DNA of 32,000 nt, taken from assembly GCF_023585785.1 (NCBI RefSeq), contig NZ_CP097765.1, positions 300,001 through 332,000 of the forward strand, written 5' to 3'. This document shows, one piece after another, positions 21,099-30,715 of the stretch (within the stretch, counting starts at the first letter, position 1; every line of letters begins with the position of its first letter). The notes beneath the pieces were generated by a model. That model worked only from the letters and a program-made list of their open reading frames with translations, did no database searches and had not been told where the DNA came from. The position numbers were made by a program, and so were the translations under genes. Origin of the DNA: Blochmannia endosymbiont of Camponotus modoc (GTDB taxonomy: Bacteria > Pseudomonadota > Gammaproteobacteria > Enterobacterales > Enterobacteriaceae).

Positions 21099-21848
21099 TT
21101 ATTGTCGCCATATACAATATTTATTTAACCGCTGTATGCTATTTAAATATTCTTCGTGAGCTAATTTTTCTTGTTCGTTAGCATAAATGATTTTTAATGA
21201 TGTTTTATTTGTACATTTTGTATTGTTTGGTCCTATTATATTATTGATTTTATTATTCGATATATTTGTATTCGTTATTTCCATAAATTTCATTTTTATT
21301 TGACCTCCACTCATAGACAAAAATACATTAGCTAGAAGTCGCGCATCAAGTAATGCGCTATGTAAATTTCGTCGATTACCATTATTAATGAAATAACGCT
21401 CGCATAATGCATCTAAACTGTTACGTTGCCCTGGAAATTTTTTTCGAGCTAATTTTAAGCTATCAATTATAGTGCAGTAAGATTCTATTTTTTTTGAGTT
21501 TGACTTGCAAATTCGTAATTCTTGATTAAGAAATCCTAGATCAAAAGGAGCATTATGAATAATTAATTCACTCCCGCGAATGAATGTTAAAAATTCATTT
21601 ATTATTTCTGAAAAAGTTGGTTTATTTTTTAAAAATTGATCGCTAATTCCATGTACCTGAATGGCCTCAATATCAATCATACGATTTGGTTGCAGATAAA
21701 CATGGAATGTGTTATCAGTTAGATGACGGTTTATTATCTCTACTGCGCCTATTTCAATAATCCTATGTCCTTCATAATGTGGTCCAAACTTGTTCATGCC
21801 AGTGGTTTCGGTATCTAAAACAATTTGTCGTATAATATTAGTGCTCAT
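21099..21848 (-). CDS. dnaQ: DNA polymerase III epsilon subunit (3'-5' proofreading exonuclease)
   Basis: 249-aa ORF with DEDDh motifs VLDTETTG, IIHNAPFDLGFL and HSALLDARLLANVF. Divergent from rnhA across a 58-bp spacer, as in E. coli. Confidence 0.95.
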   Translation of the reverse strand: MSTNIIRQIVLDTETTGMNKFGPHYEGHRIIEIGAVEIINRHLTDNTFHVYLQPNRMIDIEAIQVHGISDQFLKNKPTFSEIINEFLTFIRGSELIIHNAPFDLGFLNQELRICKSNSKKIESYCTIIDSLKLARKKFPGQRNSLDALCERYFINNGNRRNLHSALLDARLLANVFLSMSGGQIKMKFMEITNTNISNNKINNIIGPNNTKCTNKTSLKIIYANEQEKLAHEEYLNSIQRLNKYCIWRQ

Positions 21849-21906
21849 AGCTTTTCATTTGTGTCACACTAGTTATTTGAATTGAAATGATAATATATCC
21901 TATAAT

Positions 21907-22362
21907 ATGTATAAAAAAATAGAAATTTTTACGGATGGGTCATGTCTTGGTAATCCGGGTCCAGGTGGTTGTGCTGCGATATTACGGTATAAACAACATA
22001 AGAAAGAATTTAGTGTTGGGTACCGCTTAACAACCAATAATCGTATGGAATTAATGGCAGCTATTATCGCATTAGAATCGCTTAAAAATCCCTGTCAAAT
22101 TATTTTAAATACTGACAGCCAATATTTATTACATGGCATTACTCAATGGATTCATATATGGAAAAAACATCACTGGAAAACTTCTGAAGAAAAATTAGTA
22201 AAAAATATTGATTTATGGCAACGTCTAGATGTAGCGATACAAATTCATAGCATTATACATTGGAATTGGTTAAAAAGCCATACTGGACATCCAGATAATG
22301 AACGATGCGATCAATTAGCTCGATTAGCTGCTAAATGCCCTCTAAATGAAGATTTTTATTAA
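21907..22362 (+). CDS. rnhA: ribonuclease HI
   Basis: 151-aa ORF with [34 protein letters not shown] and [14 protein letters not shown]. Confidence 0.96.
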   Translation: MYKKIEIFTDGSCLGNPGPGGCAAILRYKQHKKEFSVGYRLTTNNRMELMAAIIALESLKNPCQIILNTDSQYLLHGITQWIHIWKKHHWKTSEEKLVKNIDLWQRLDVAIQIHSIIHWNWLKSHTGHPDNERCDQLARLAAKCPLNEDFY

Positions 22363-22705
22363 TGATAATATAATAATATTATCGAAATCAGTATTATTAT
22401 ATAATTAATCATATAATTGTAATAATTATTATATATATGTGCATATATATTATTTTTATAGAATATATAATTTTAACATATAAAGTTCTTATGTATCGAA
22501 ATTCTTATGAATTAAACTTATATATCTTCTGATTTAACGACGGCACAACACTATTTACTCGTAATTTACGAAATTTCTATTGCACTTATATTTTTTATAT
22601 TTAAAACAATTAATCTAAGTACTAAAAATAATATTTTTACCCATTGAATATTTCTGAAAATATTTTAAAATATTTATTTTAAATTTGTATCACTCGCGAT
22701 TAACG

Positions 22706-23461
22706 ATGAATATCATTAGAGTCCCGGTATTAAGCACTAATTATATTTGGCTTTTATATAATTATAAAAATGAATGCATAATTATTGATCCTGGAGAAGC
22801 AATAAAGGTACTAGGTATTTTAAAAAAATTCCAATTCAGATTACGAGCAATTTTATTGACTCATAATCATGTTGATCATGTTAATGGGGTAGCCCCATTA
22901 ATTCAACATTTTCCAAAAACAATTGTTTATGGTCCCACGGAAACTAAAAATAATGGTTCTCACTTCTTGGTATCAGAAGGAGACGATTTTGTATTATTAC
23001 AGAAAAAATTTAAAGTTCTCAATTTACCTGGGCATACATTGGGGCATATTGGGTTTTATAGCGCACCCTGGTTATTTTGCGGAGATACTGTATTCTCTGT
23101 GGGTTGTGGTAAAATCTGCATAGGATTCGCTCAACATATGTATGAATCTTTTTTAAAAATTAAACACCTTCCTCGTAATACCTTAATTTTCAGCGGACAC
23201 GAATATACTTTATCTAATGTTAACTTCGCTATTTCTATTTTACCTCAAGATCAATCCATTATTAACTATCGCAATAAGATTGTTAAATTGTATAAAAACA
23301 AACAACCTACCGTGCCAACAACGTTAAATTTAGAACTAAAGGTTAATCCTTTTTTTCGTTGCGGTAATTCAGATATAAAAAAATCATTAAATTTACCTTG
23401 TAACCTTAAAGAAGAATGGAAAGTTTTTTCTGAATTACGTAAGAAAAAAGATTCTTTTTAG
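22706..23461 (+). CDS. gloB: hydroxyacylglutathione hydrolase (glyoxalase II)
   Basis: ATG at 22706 (MNIIRVPVL) aligns with the E. coli GloB start; the ORF-track start 22685 is a TTG. Metal site THNHVDH (HxHxDH), plus PGHTLGH, CGDTVFS and GHEYT. Confidence 0.93.
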   Translation: MNIIRVPVLSTNYIWLLYNYKNECIIIDPGEAIKVLGILKKFQFRLRAILLTHNHVDHVNGVAPLIQHFPKTIVYGPTETKNNGSHFLVSEGDDFVLLQKKFKVLNLPGHTLGHIGFYSAPWLFCGDTVFSVGCGKICIGFAQHMYESFLKIKHLPRNTLIFSGHEYTLSNVNFAISILPQDQSIINYRNKIVKLYKNKQPTVPTTLNLELKVNPFFRCGNSDIKKSLNLPCNLKEEWKVFSELRKKKDSF

Positions 23462-23842
23462 TCTTTATTGTAATATAGTTACTGAATTTCAGTCATTGCT
23501 TCTTATTATAATTTTTATTTTAAAAATTAATTACATTTCCAATTAAAACTTTTTTTAAATTTTTATCTTTTTTATTTTACCACACATTAGTCCTAATTAT
23601 GGTTTACAATTGCCTTTTAATCCTATAAATATATATGTAACACATAATAAAATATTTGAAAAATAAAATTTGTAATATTTATATTAATGTTTAATATGTT
23701 TTTTATTTTCTATAAACAGATAAAAACTCATTAATCATTATCATAATTTATTTATCAGATAAACATAAAAAAATTAATTCATCTGTATTGTTTTTAACTG
23801 TTTTATAGCTTCGATGATTAGATTTCCATTAAATTTTAACAC

Positions 23843-23962
23843 TTACTTGGCAGCCCCCTACTCTCGCATGAGGATACCTCACACTACCATTGGTACTACG
23901 ACATTTCACTTCTGAGTTCGAAATGGGATCAGGTGGTACTATCGCGCTAATGCCGCCAAGTA
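23843..23962 (-). rRNA. rrf: 5S ribosomal RNA
   Basis: The reverse complement is TACTTGGCGGCATTAGCGCGATAGTACCACCTGATCCCATTTCGAACTCAGAAGTGAAATGTCGTAGTACCAATGGTAGTGTGAGGTATCCTCATGCGAGAGTAGGGGGCTGCCAAGTAA. It aligns end to end with E. coli 5S, and helix I (CTTGGCGGC/GCTGCCAAG) is intact. Ends are good to plus or minus 2 nt. Confidence 0.95.
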
Positions 23963-24152
23963 TGATTTTTTAATAATAAAGACAATATCAGTAAATCAAC
24001 TCAATATTTCATATTATATATGATTTTTTTTAAAATAAAAATAAATTCTAAAAATTATAGATTTTATCTGCACAATATACTTTTTAAGAATAGTAAATCT
24101 TTTATGAAAGAATCGTACCCTATATTTATTTCATTATCAAATTAATACGATT

Positions 24153-25022
24153 TTACATATAAAATACAGATCTTAAATGATTTATCACAGGATCAATAGT
24201 AGGAAATGTATTATGCCATAAAAAAAATGAATGAGCCGCTTGTCCTACTAACATACCTAATCCATCTGAACAATAATTTGACCCATTTTTTTTACACCAT
24301 GTTATGAACAACGTATCTTGTTTTGTGTAAAATAAATCATAACATTTAGTGTCAGGAGTAATAAGAAAATATGGTATTTTTGGAATAGTATTGTGTATAT
24401 TGCTGGTTGTAGCATTAATAATTAAACTATATTTATTGGTGTCATAACGTAATTTGTATAAAGGTAGGCATGATATATTTTTATATCCTATTTCCTGATA
24501 ATAAGATGTCAATTCCTGTGCCCTAGAAAACGTTCTATTTACTATATTTATGTGACATGTTGTTATAGTCGTTAATAATATAGGCAGAATTCCTTTTGCA
24601 GCGCCCCCAGCGCCAATTAACAGAATATTCGTTATAGGTTCTTCTTCATGAGAAGTGATTTGATTATTATTATCTAACCAATTAATCCGTTTTAAATCGC
24701 TAATAAATCCTATACCATCAGTATTATCTCCTAGCAAAGTACCGTTTTTTAATTTTTTTATCGTATTAACTGAACGAGCTTTTTCAGCTCGTTCAGTTAA
24801 TTGATTACACAAAAAATATGCATTTTCTTTAAATGGAGAAGTAATATTTGCTCCTAATCCACCTAAATTAAAAAAATTATGTAATAAATAATTGAAATTA
24901 TCTTGTACTGCCAATTTAAGATTATATTTTTTTGATATTCCAATTTCATGTGCAAATAATGCGTAAATTTCTGCTGATTTGCTATGTTTAATCGGATTAC
25001 CAAAAACAGAAAAAGAATCCAT
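24153..25022 (-). CDS. aroE: shikimate dehydrogenase
   Basis: 289-aa ORF with ANITSPFKE, LLGDNTDGIGF and the Rossmann motif IGAGGAAKG. The aroE-tsaC adjacency matches E. coli. Confidence 0.9.
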   Translation of the reverse strand: MDSFSVFGNPIKHSKSAEIYALFAHEIGISKKYNLKLAVQDNFNYLLHNFFNLGGLGANITSPFKENAYFLCNQLTERAEKARSVNTIKKLKNGTLLGDNTDGIGFISDLKRINWLDNNNQITSHEEEPITNILLIGAGGAAKGILPILLTTITTCHINIVNRTFSRAQELTSYYQEIGYKNISCLPLYKLRYDTNKYSLIINATTSNIHNTIPKIPYFLITPDTKCYDLFYTKQDTLFITWCKKNGSNYCSDGLGMLVGQAAHSFFLWHNTFPTIDPVINHLRSVFYM

Positions 25023-25048
25023 TTATTTATCTCCTTGAATAATAAAAA

Positions 25049-25591
25049 TTATTCACGAATTAGTTTACCAGTCATAACATCTCTAATTGTTGAAGGATTG
25101 GGTCTTCCAAGTATATCTTCATGCATGATAGATATGTTATACCCGAGTTGATCGTGTACTTCTTCAATAGTACGTGCCGGAGGCTGTCCAGATAAATTCG
25201 CACTAGTGGATACCAAGGGTTTTCCAAAAGCTAAGCAAAGACGTTGAATTGGTTCAAAATGACTGACTCGTACTGCTAAAGAAGAAAATTGACCTGTTAA
25301 CCAATATGATCTATTAAATTGCGCCGGAAATACCCACGTCATCGGTCCAGGCCAAGTAGAAAAAACTCGTGATCTTTGGGTTTCATTTAAGCAACTATCA
25401 TCAATATACCTAAGTAATTGTGTATAATTAGCAGCAATTAAAATTAAACCTTTTTTCCAAGATCTATTTTTTATTTTTAGTAAAGTAGATATTGCGTTTT
25501 TATTATCAGGATCACATCCTAAACCAAACACTGATTCTGTTGGATAAATAATTACTTGCCCTTGACTTAGCTGTATAAGTAAATCTTTCAT
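25049..25591 (-). CDS. tsaC: L-threonylcarbamoyladenylate synthase (YrdC/TsaC)
   Basis: 180-aa ORF with a YrdC/Sua5 domain (VIIYPTESVFGLGCDP, LVSTSANLSGQPP). Confidence 0.9.
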   Translation of the reverse strand: MKDLLIQLSQGQVIIYPTESVFGLGCDPDNKNAISTLLKIKNRSWKKGLILIAANYTQLLRYIDDSCLNETQRSRVFSTWPGPMTWVFPAQFNRSYWLTGQFSSLAVRVSHFEPIQRLCLAFGKPLVSTSANLSGQPPARTIEEVHDQLGYNISIMHEDILGRPNPSTIRDVMTGKLIRE

Positions 25592-25940
25592 ATTTGATGA
25601 AGAAAATATCCTTATTGTAGATTATGATTCCAATTAATTATTTGTTATAAATAGCATATAATATTCTTTTATTTAAGTCGATATTAAAAAAATAATAAAT
25701 TTTCAAGTATTAATTGGGTAACTTTTAATTTATATGTAATATCTATAATAATTTAAGATTCTTATATATCAATGATTTTTTTATTAATAAAATATATAAG
25801 TATATTCTATTAAATATTTTGCGGTACAGCGTACTCTGTTTCTATATGTATTTAGTACACGTCGAATATTTATTTAATTATTTAATTAAATAATAAATTC
25901 TAGGTATCAAGAACGATTCCAAATGTCATTGACCGTTAAT

Positions 25941-26040
25941 AAATTTTAATTCCATATATTATCATTATGAGTATAAAATACTTGTATCATATCTTGATTA
26001 TATTCGTAAGTCACTAGATAATATATGGAATTAAAAATTT
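25941..26040. repeat. long inverted repeat (20 bp perfect, 23/24 with one homopolymer indel) with a 53-nt spacer, just upstream of def
   Basis: The left arm AAATTTTAATTCCATATATTATC (25941-25963) is the reverse complement of the right arm GATAATATATGGAATTAAAAATTT (26017-26040), apart from one extra A in the A-run. The perfect core is 25944-25963 / 26017-26036. Confidence 0.9.
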
Positions 26041-26061
26041 AATGTAATAATTTTTTATTTT

Positions 26062-26586
26062 ATGTCGATATTAGAAATACTGTATTATCCGGATAAACGC
26101 CTTAGAACAATCGCTGATCCTGTTGTTGCGGTATCTGATGATACTAATCAAATTATAAATGATATGTTTGATACTATGTATTTTAAAAAAGGCATTGGGT
26201 TAGCTGCAACACAAGTTAATATTCACCAGCAAATTATTGTTATTGATCTTTATAAAAAAAATAAACAACGTTTAGTTTTTATTAATCCTGCTATTACAAA
26301 AAAAACAGGTGTTATTGGTATTCCTGAAAGTTGTTTATCTATTCCTCAAATACACGAAATTGTTCCGCGTTCAGAAAAAATAACCATTCAATCATTAGAT
26401 CAATATGGTAATGAATTTGAGATGGAAGCTAATAATTTATTAGCAATTTGCATTCAACACGAAGTAGATCATTTGTTTGGAAAACTTTTTATCGATCATT
26501 TGTCTCCATTAAAAATTAAAAAAATTCATAAAAAAATAAAAAAATTATCTAAAACATTTAATAAAAAGAATCAGTTTCCTCTTTGA
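26062..26586 (+). CDS. def: peptide deformylase
   Basis: 174-aa ORF with motifs GIGLAATQ, ESCLS (variant of EGCLS) and QHEVDHL, plus a Lys-rich C-terminal tail. No obvious SD. Confidence 0.95.
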   Translation: MSILEILYYPDKRLRTIADPVVAVSDDTNQIINDMFDTMYFKKGIGLAATQVNIHQQIIVIDLYKKNKQRLVFINPAITKKTGVIGIPESCLSIPQIHEIVPRSEKITIQSLDQYGNEFEMEANNLLAICIQHEVDHLFGKLFIDHLSPLKIKKIHKKIKKLSKTFNKKNQFPL

Positions 26587-26594
26587 TATATATT

Positions 26595-27563
26595 ATGGTA
26601 CACTTAAGACCTTTGCGTATTGCTTTTTTTGGAACTACAAGTTTTGCGGCATGGCATTTATATACACTGGCTCATCTGTCTATGCATCAGATAATAGCAG
26701 TGTTTACTCAAGAGACACAAGTATCTACATGTAAATCCTTTTTATCTTTATATAAAATAGCAAAAAAATATAATATATCGTTATTCCAGTCTCGTACTTT
26801 ATCTATTGCTGATATTATTTATATTATTAAAAAAATTGATGTGGATTTGATAGTAGTTGTGTCTTATGGATTAATTTTACCGCAAGAAATATTAAATATA
26901 CCACGACTAGGCTGTATTAATGTACATGGTTCATTATTACCTCGTTGGCGTGGACCAGCACCAATTCAACGTGCATTAGAATATGGCGATTCCATTACAG
27001 GAATAACCATTATGCAAATGGATTTGGGAATAGATACTGGAGATATTTTGCATATTATGCCTTGCAAAATTTTTCCAAAAGACACTAGTCATACTCTTTC
27101 TAATAGATTAATGAATATTGGATCTGCCATGTTATTCCAAGTACTGGATCAGTTTATATTAGGTACATCTACTTTGATGCCTCAAGACTCAACTTATGCT
27201 ACATATGCGCATAAATTAAATAAACAAGAAGCACGCATCAATTGGAATTTATCAGCAATCCAATTGGAACGATGCATCCGAGCTTTTAATCCATGGCCAA
27301 TTAGTTATTTTCAAATAAAAAATGATCGCATTAGAGTATGGGATGCCGAAGTAAGCAATCAAAACATCAATAACTACTCGTCGTCGGCATCTATATTACC
27401 TGGTACCATATTAGCAACTAATCCAAATGGTATTCATGTTGGTACTGGTTCTGGAGTATTAATACTTACTATGTTACAAATTTCAGGGAAAAAAATAACA
27501 TCTGCGCGCGATATTCTCAATGCATACAAAGAATGGTTCAAACCTAACTCTGTATTAGAATAA
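26595..27563 (+). CDS. fmt: methionyl-tRNA formyltransferase
   Basis: ATG at 26595 (MVHLRPLRIAFFGT); the ORF-track start 26583 is a TTG overlapping the def stop. Contains NVHGSLLPRWRGPAPIQRA, ITIMQMD and RCIRAFNPWP. Confidence 0.95.
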   Translation: MVHLRPLRIAFFGTTSFAAWHLYTLAHLSMHQIIAVFTQETQVSTCKSFLSLYKIAKKYNISLFQSRTLSIADIIYIIKKIDVDLIVVVSYGLILPQEILNIPRLGCINVHGSLLPRWRGPAPIQRALEYGDSITGITIMQMDLGIDTGDILHIMPCKIFPKDTSHTLSNRLMNIGSAMLFQVLDQFILGTSTLMPQDSTYATYAHKLNKQEARINWNLSAIQLERCIRAFNPWPISYFQIKNDRIRVWDAEVSNQNINNYSSSASILPGTILATNPNGIHVGTGSGVLILTMLQISGKKITSARDILNAYKEWFKPNSVLE

Positions 27564-27623
27564 AATGATCAAGATATGTTTACGTTCATTACTAGACTTA
27601 ATTATATACCTCTATATTATTTT

Positions 27624-28001
27624 TTATATTTTTTGTCTTATTTTAGATCGTTCCACTAGTTCTATGTATGCCATTGGAGCATTATCTCCCTTACGTAATC
27701 CACATTTTAGTATACGAGTATACCCTCCAGGTCGATTATAAAAATGCGGACTAATTTGTGTGAACAATTTTGTAACAACATCATTATTTCTAGTTTTAGA
27801 AAAAACTAGACGACGATTTGCGATCGTATCCACTTTGCTACGCGTAATCAACGGTTCAATAATACGACGCAATGCCTTAGCTTTAGATAAAGTAGTTTTT
27901 ATTATTTTATGCATTACCAATGAAACAACCATGTTTTTAAACATAGCTTTACGATGAGCACTAGTTCTGTTTAGCTTAGAACCGCTTTTTCGATGACGCA
28001 T
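27624..28001 (-). CDS. rplQ: 50S ribosomal protein L17
   Basis: 125-aa ORF beginning [21 protein letters not shown]. It is the last gene of the alpha operon. Confidence 0.96.
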   Translation of the reverse strand: MRHRKSGSKLNRTSAHRKAMFKNMVVSLVMHKIIKTTLSKAKALRRIIEPLITRSKVDTIANRRLVFSKTRNNDVVTKLFTQISPHFYNRPGGYTRILKCGLRKGDNAPMAYIELVERSKIRQKI

Positions 28002-28039
28002 AATAAATTACCTTTTTTTAAATATTAAATTATCCATGA

Positions 28040-29032
28040 TTAATTATCTAAAATATTCGTAGGAGGCCAATTTTCTAAACGTGTTCCTAAAGACAATCCA
28101 CGAGATGCTAATACATCTTTTATCTCTGTCAATGATTTTTTTCCCAAATTAGGGGTTTTTAATAATTCTACTTCTGTTCGTTGTACTAAATCTCCAATAT
28201 AGTGAATAGATTCTGCTTTTAGACAATTAGCAGAACGTACAGTCAGTTCTAAGTCATCAACAAGGCGTAATAAGACTGGATCAAATTCTGGTTTTTCTTC
28301 TTTATGTTCTGGTTGATGTATATCCCTTAAATCAATAAATGCTTCAAGTTGTTCAGATAAAATTGTTGCTGCACGCCTAATCGCTTCTTCCGGTTCTATA
28401 GTTCCATTCGTTTCCATATCAATAATGAGTTTATCTAAATCTGTACGTTGCTCAACGCGAGCAGCTTCTACATTATAAGAAATCCTTTCTACCGGGCTAT
28501 AGCATGCATCTAATAATAATCGACCGATTGGTAAGATATCTGATTCAGAATTAAACCTGGAAGAAGCTGGAACGTAACCTCGTCCGCGTTGCACTTTAAT
28601 ACGCATGCTAATAGATGTATTCTTGTCAGTTATATGACATATAATATGATTAGGGGTAACAATTTTTACGCTATTGCTATCATATAAAATATCCTTTGCG
28701 ATTACAGGTCCAATACCGGATTTTTTTAAAGTTAAAGTAACGCTATCTTTTCCTTCAATTCTAATAGCTAATTTCTTTAAGTTAAGTAAAATCTCTAAAA
28801 CATCTTCTTGTATACCTTCTTTTGTACTATATTCATGTAATACCCCATCAATTTCAACCTCTGTTATAGCATATCCAGGCATTGAAGAAAGTAAGATACG
28901 ACGTAGGGCGTTTCCTAAAGTATGACCAAATCCTCGTTCCAACGGCTCCAGAGTAACTTTAGAGCGTGTTTCAGTAATTTGTTCAATATCTACTAAACGT
29001 GGCTTTAAAAATTCTATTACAGAATTCTGCAT
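28040..29032 (-). CDS. rpoA: DNA-directed RNA polymerase alpha subunit
   Basis: 330-aa ORF that is highly conserved throughout ([33 protein letters not shown]). Confidence 0.97.
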   Translation of the reverse strand: MQNSVIEFLKPRLVDIEQITETRSKVTLEPLERGFGHTLGNALRRILLSSMPGYAITEVEIDGVLHEYSTKEGIQEDVLEILLNLKKLAIRIEGKDSVTLTLKKSGIGPVIAKDILYDSNSVKIVTPNHIICHITDKNTSISMRIKVQRGRGYVPASSRFNSESDILPIGRLLLDACYSPVERISYNVEAARVEQRTDLDKLIIDMETNGTIEPEEAIRRAATILSEQLEAFIDLRDIHQPEHKEEKPEFDPVLLRLVDDLELTVRSANCLKAESIHYIGDLVQRTEVELLKTPNLGKKSLTEIKDVLASRGLSLGTRLENWPPTNILDN

Positions 29033-29066
29033 GTTTCCTCTCTTTTTACTATTTCACAAATTTTAC

Positions 29067-29690
29067 TTATTTTGAATATAATTCGATAATCAAATGTTCA
29101 TCGATATTTGCAGATAATTCGCTACGCTCTGGATAACGTTTAAATAGACCTTGTAGTTTAATGGGATCTACTTCAATCCATGCTAATTTTTCTCTTTGCT
29201 GCTCAGAAAGTTCTAAAGAAGCACGAATCCTAGATTGCTTATGTGATTTTTCATGTATTTTAATAACAGTATTGGGAACAACTTGATATGAAGCTATATT
29301 AACAATACGGTTTTCAACCATAATGGATTTATGACTTACTAATTGACGGGCTTCAGCACGTGTTGCTCCAAATCCCATACGATACACAGTATTATCTAAT
29401 CTGCTTTCTAATAATTTTAATAAATTTTCACCAGTGTTGCCTTTAATACGTGCAGCTCTCTTATAATAATTAGAGAACTGACGCTCTAAGATGCCATATA
29501 TACGTCTAACTTTTTGTTTTTCTCTTAGCTGTATTCCATAATCTGAAAAACGAGATTTACGCATATTATGTTGCCCTGGAGGTTGCTCGAGTTTACATTT
29601 AGAATCAATAGTACGAATTCCAGATTTTAAAAAAAGATCTGTACCCTCACGACGACTTAACTTAAGTTTAGGTCCTAAATATTTAGCCAT
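29067..29690 (-). CDS. rpsD: 30S ribosomal protein S4
   Basis: True start is the ATG at 29690 ([24 protein letters not shown]), giving 207 aa. The ORF-track extension to 29816 overlaps rpsK and has no homology. Confidence 0.96.
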   Translation of the reverse strand: MAKYLGPKLKLSRREGTDLFLKSGIRTIDSKCKLEQPPGQHNMRKSRFSDYGIQLREKQKVRRIYGILERQFSNYYKRAARIKGNTGENLLKLLESRLDNTVYRMGFGATRAEARQLVSHKSIMVENRIVNIASYQVVPNTVIKIHEKSHKQSRIRASLELSEQQREKLAWIEVDPIKLQGLFKRYPERSELSANIDEHLIIELYSK

Positions 29691-29727
29691 ATTTTTTATT
29701 CCTTGAAAATAAACTAATGAATCTTCT

Positions 29728-30120
29728 TTAGACACGGCGTTTTTTAGAAGGACGGCAACCATTATGAGGAATTGGGGTGACATCAGTAATGCTGGTAATA
29801 TGAAATCCTGCTGCATTTAACGCTCGTACCGCAGATTCACGTCCTGGTCCTGGCCCTTTAACCATAACTTCTAAATTTTTTACCCCATATTCTTGAACTA
29901 TTTCAGCGCAACGCTCTGCTGCTATTTGCGCAGCAAAAGGTGTAGATTTTCGAGATCCTCTAAATCCAGAGCCCCCAGCTGTAGCCCATCCTAAAGTATT
30001 ACCTTGCTTATCACTAATAGTGATAATAGTATTATTAAAAGATGCATGTATATGGGCTACGCCATCTAAAATTTGTTTTTTGATCCGCTTGCGCGCTCGA
30101 AGATTGGATGATTTAATCAT
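29728..30120 (-). CDS. rpsK: 30S ribosomal protein S11
   Basis: 130-aa ORF with [13 protein letters not shown] and [16 protein letters not shown]. Confidence 0.97.
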   Translation of the reverse strand: MIKSSNLRARKRIKKQILDGVAHIHASFNNTIITISDKQGNTLGWATAGGSGFRGSRKSTPFAAQIAAERCAEIVQEYGVKNLEVMVKGPGPGRESAVRALNAAGFHITSITDVTPIPHNGCRPSKKRRV

Positions 30121-30161
30121 TTTATATTTGTGCTTTTTTATTTATTAATTACTTATTTAAA

Positions 30162-30518
30162 TTATTTGTTCATTAACTTACGAGGACCTTTACGAGTTCT
30201 AGCATTTGTTCTAGTTCTTTGTCCCCGTACTGGTAAATTACGACGATGACGTAATCCTCGGTAAGTACCAAGATCAATTAAACGTTTGATATTTAGAGTT
30301 ACTTCTCGGCGTAAATCCCCTTCTACGATATATTCATCAACCGCATCACGTAATTTATCTATATGAATTTCAGACAATTTACAAAGTTGTACATGTTCAT
30401 CTATACCTGTATTCAGACAAATTGAACGAGCACGGGATTTTCCGATTCCATAAATAGACATTAAAGCAACAACAGCATGTTTTCTATCAGGAATATTGAC
30501 ACCTGCTATACGTACCAC
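30162..30518 (-). CDS. rpsM: 30S ribosomal protein S13
   Basis: 118-aa ORF with a GTG start (30518-30516). Begins VRIAGVNIP and contains [24 protein letters not shown]. Confidence 0.96.
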   Translation of the reverse strand: MVRIAGVNIPDRKHAVVALMSIYGIGKSRARSICLNTGIDEHVQLCKLSEIHIDKLRDAVDEYIVEGDLRREVTLNIKRLIDLGTYRGLRHRRNLPVRGQRTRTNARTRKGPRKLMNK

Positions 30519-30562
30519 TATTTTATACTCCTAAAAGTTAATTATTCTATACTGAATAACCA

Positions 30563-30679
30563 TTATCCTTGTCGTTGTTTATGCTTTGGATCCACGCGAC
30601 AAACTACACGAATAACGTTATGTCTCTTCACAATTTCACAATAACGACATAATTTTTTCACTGACGTACGTACTTTCAT
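30563..30679 (-). CDS. rpmJ: 50S ribosomal protein L36
   Basis: Not in the ORF track because it is too short. Hand translation of the minus strand gives [38 protein letters not shown]-stop (38 aa), which matches L36. It lies between secY and rpsM. Confidence 0.93.
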   Translation of the reverse strand: MKVRTSVKKLCRYCEIVKRHNVIRVVCRVDPKHKQRQG

Positions 30680-30715
30680 AATGTTTCCTATAATCATATG
30701 TATATGATTTATTGA

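Noticed and set aside
24054-24059. Promoter calls, for example the perfect TATAAT on the minus strand upstream of the 5S, TATATT plus a GC-rich discriminator upstream of tRNA-Thr, and TTGATT/TTGTCA upstream of ahpC.
   Set aside because: -10-like hexamers occur by chance everywhere in DNA this AT-rich, and none has a convincing -35 element at 16-18 bp spacing. They are not reportable as features without transcript data.
23963-24152. Remnant of the 23S rRNA 3' end or a spacer tRNA between aroE and the 5S, or a tRNA (thrV-like) downstream of the 5S (23462-23842).
   Set aside because: There are no GC-rich conserved rRNA or tRNA blocks. Only a GGTAC pentamer resembles the 23S 3' end, which is meaningless on its own.
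25592-25940. Relics of yrdD, smg or dprA in the tsaC-def spacer, for example MTFGIVLDT-stop on the minus strand near 25915-25886 versus Smg MFDVLMYLF.
   Set aside because: The matches are 2-3 residues long and not colinear, so I could not build a consistent series of anchors like the one for queA.
29691-29816. N-terminal ORF-track extensions: rpsD to 29816, gloB from 22685, fmt from 26583, cyoC from 2035, secF to 14327, pgpA to 10773 and the secY start at 31984.
   Set aside because: Except for rpsD, whose extension overlaps rpsK and has no homology, they start at TTG or GTG codons. The extensions lack homology or overlap the upstream gene, whereas downstream ATGs align with E. coli N-termini. 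secY clearly continues past the window edge.
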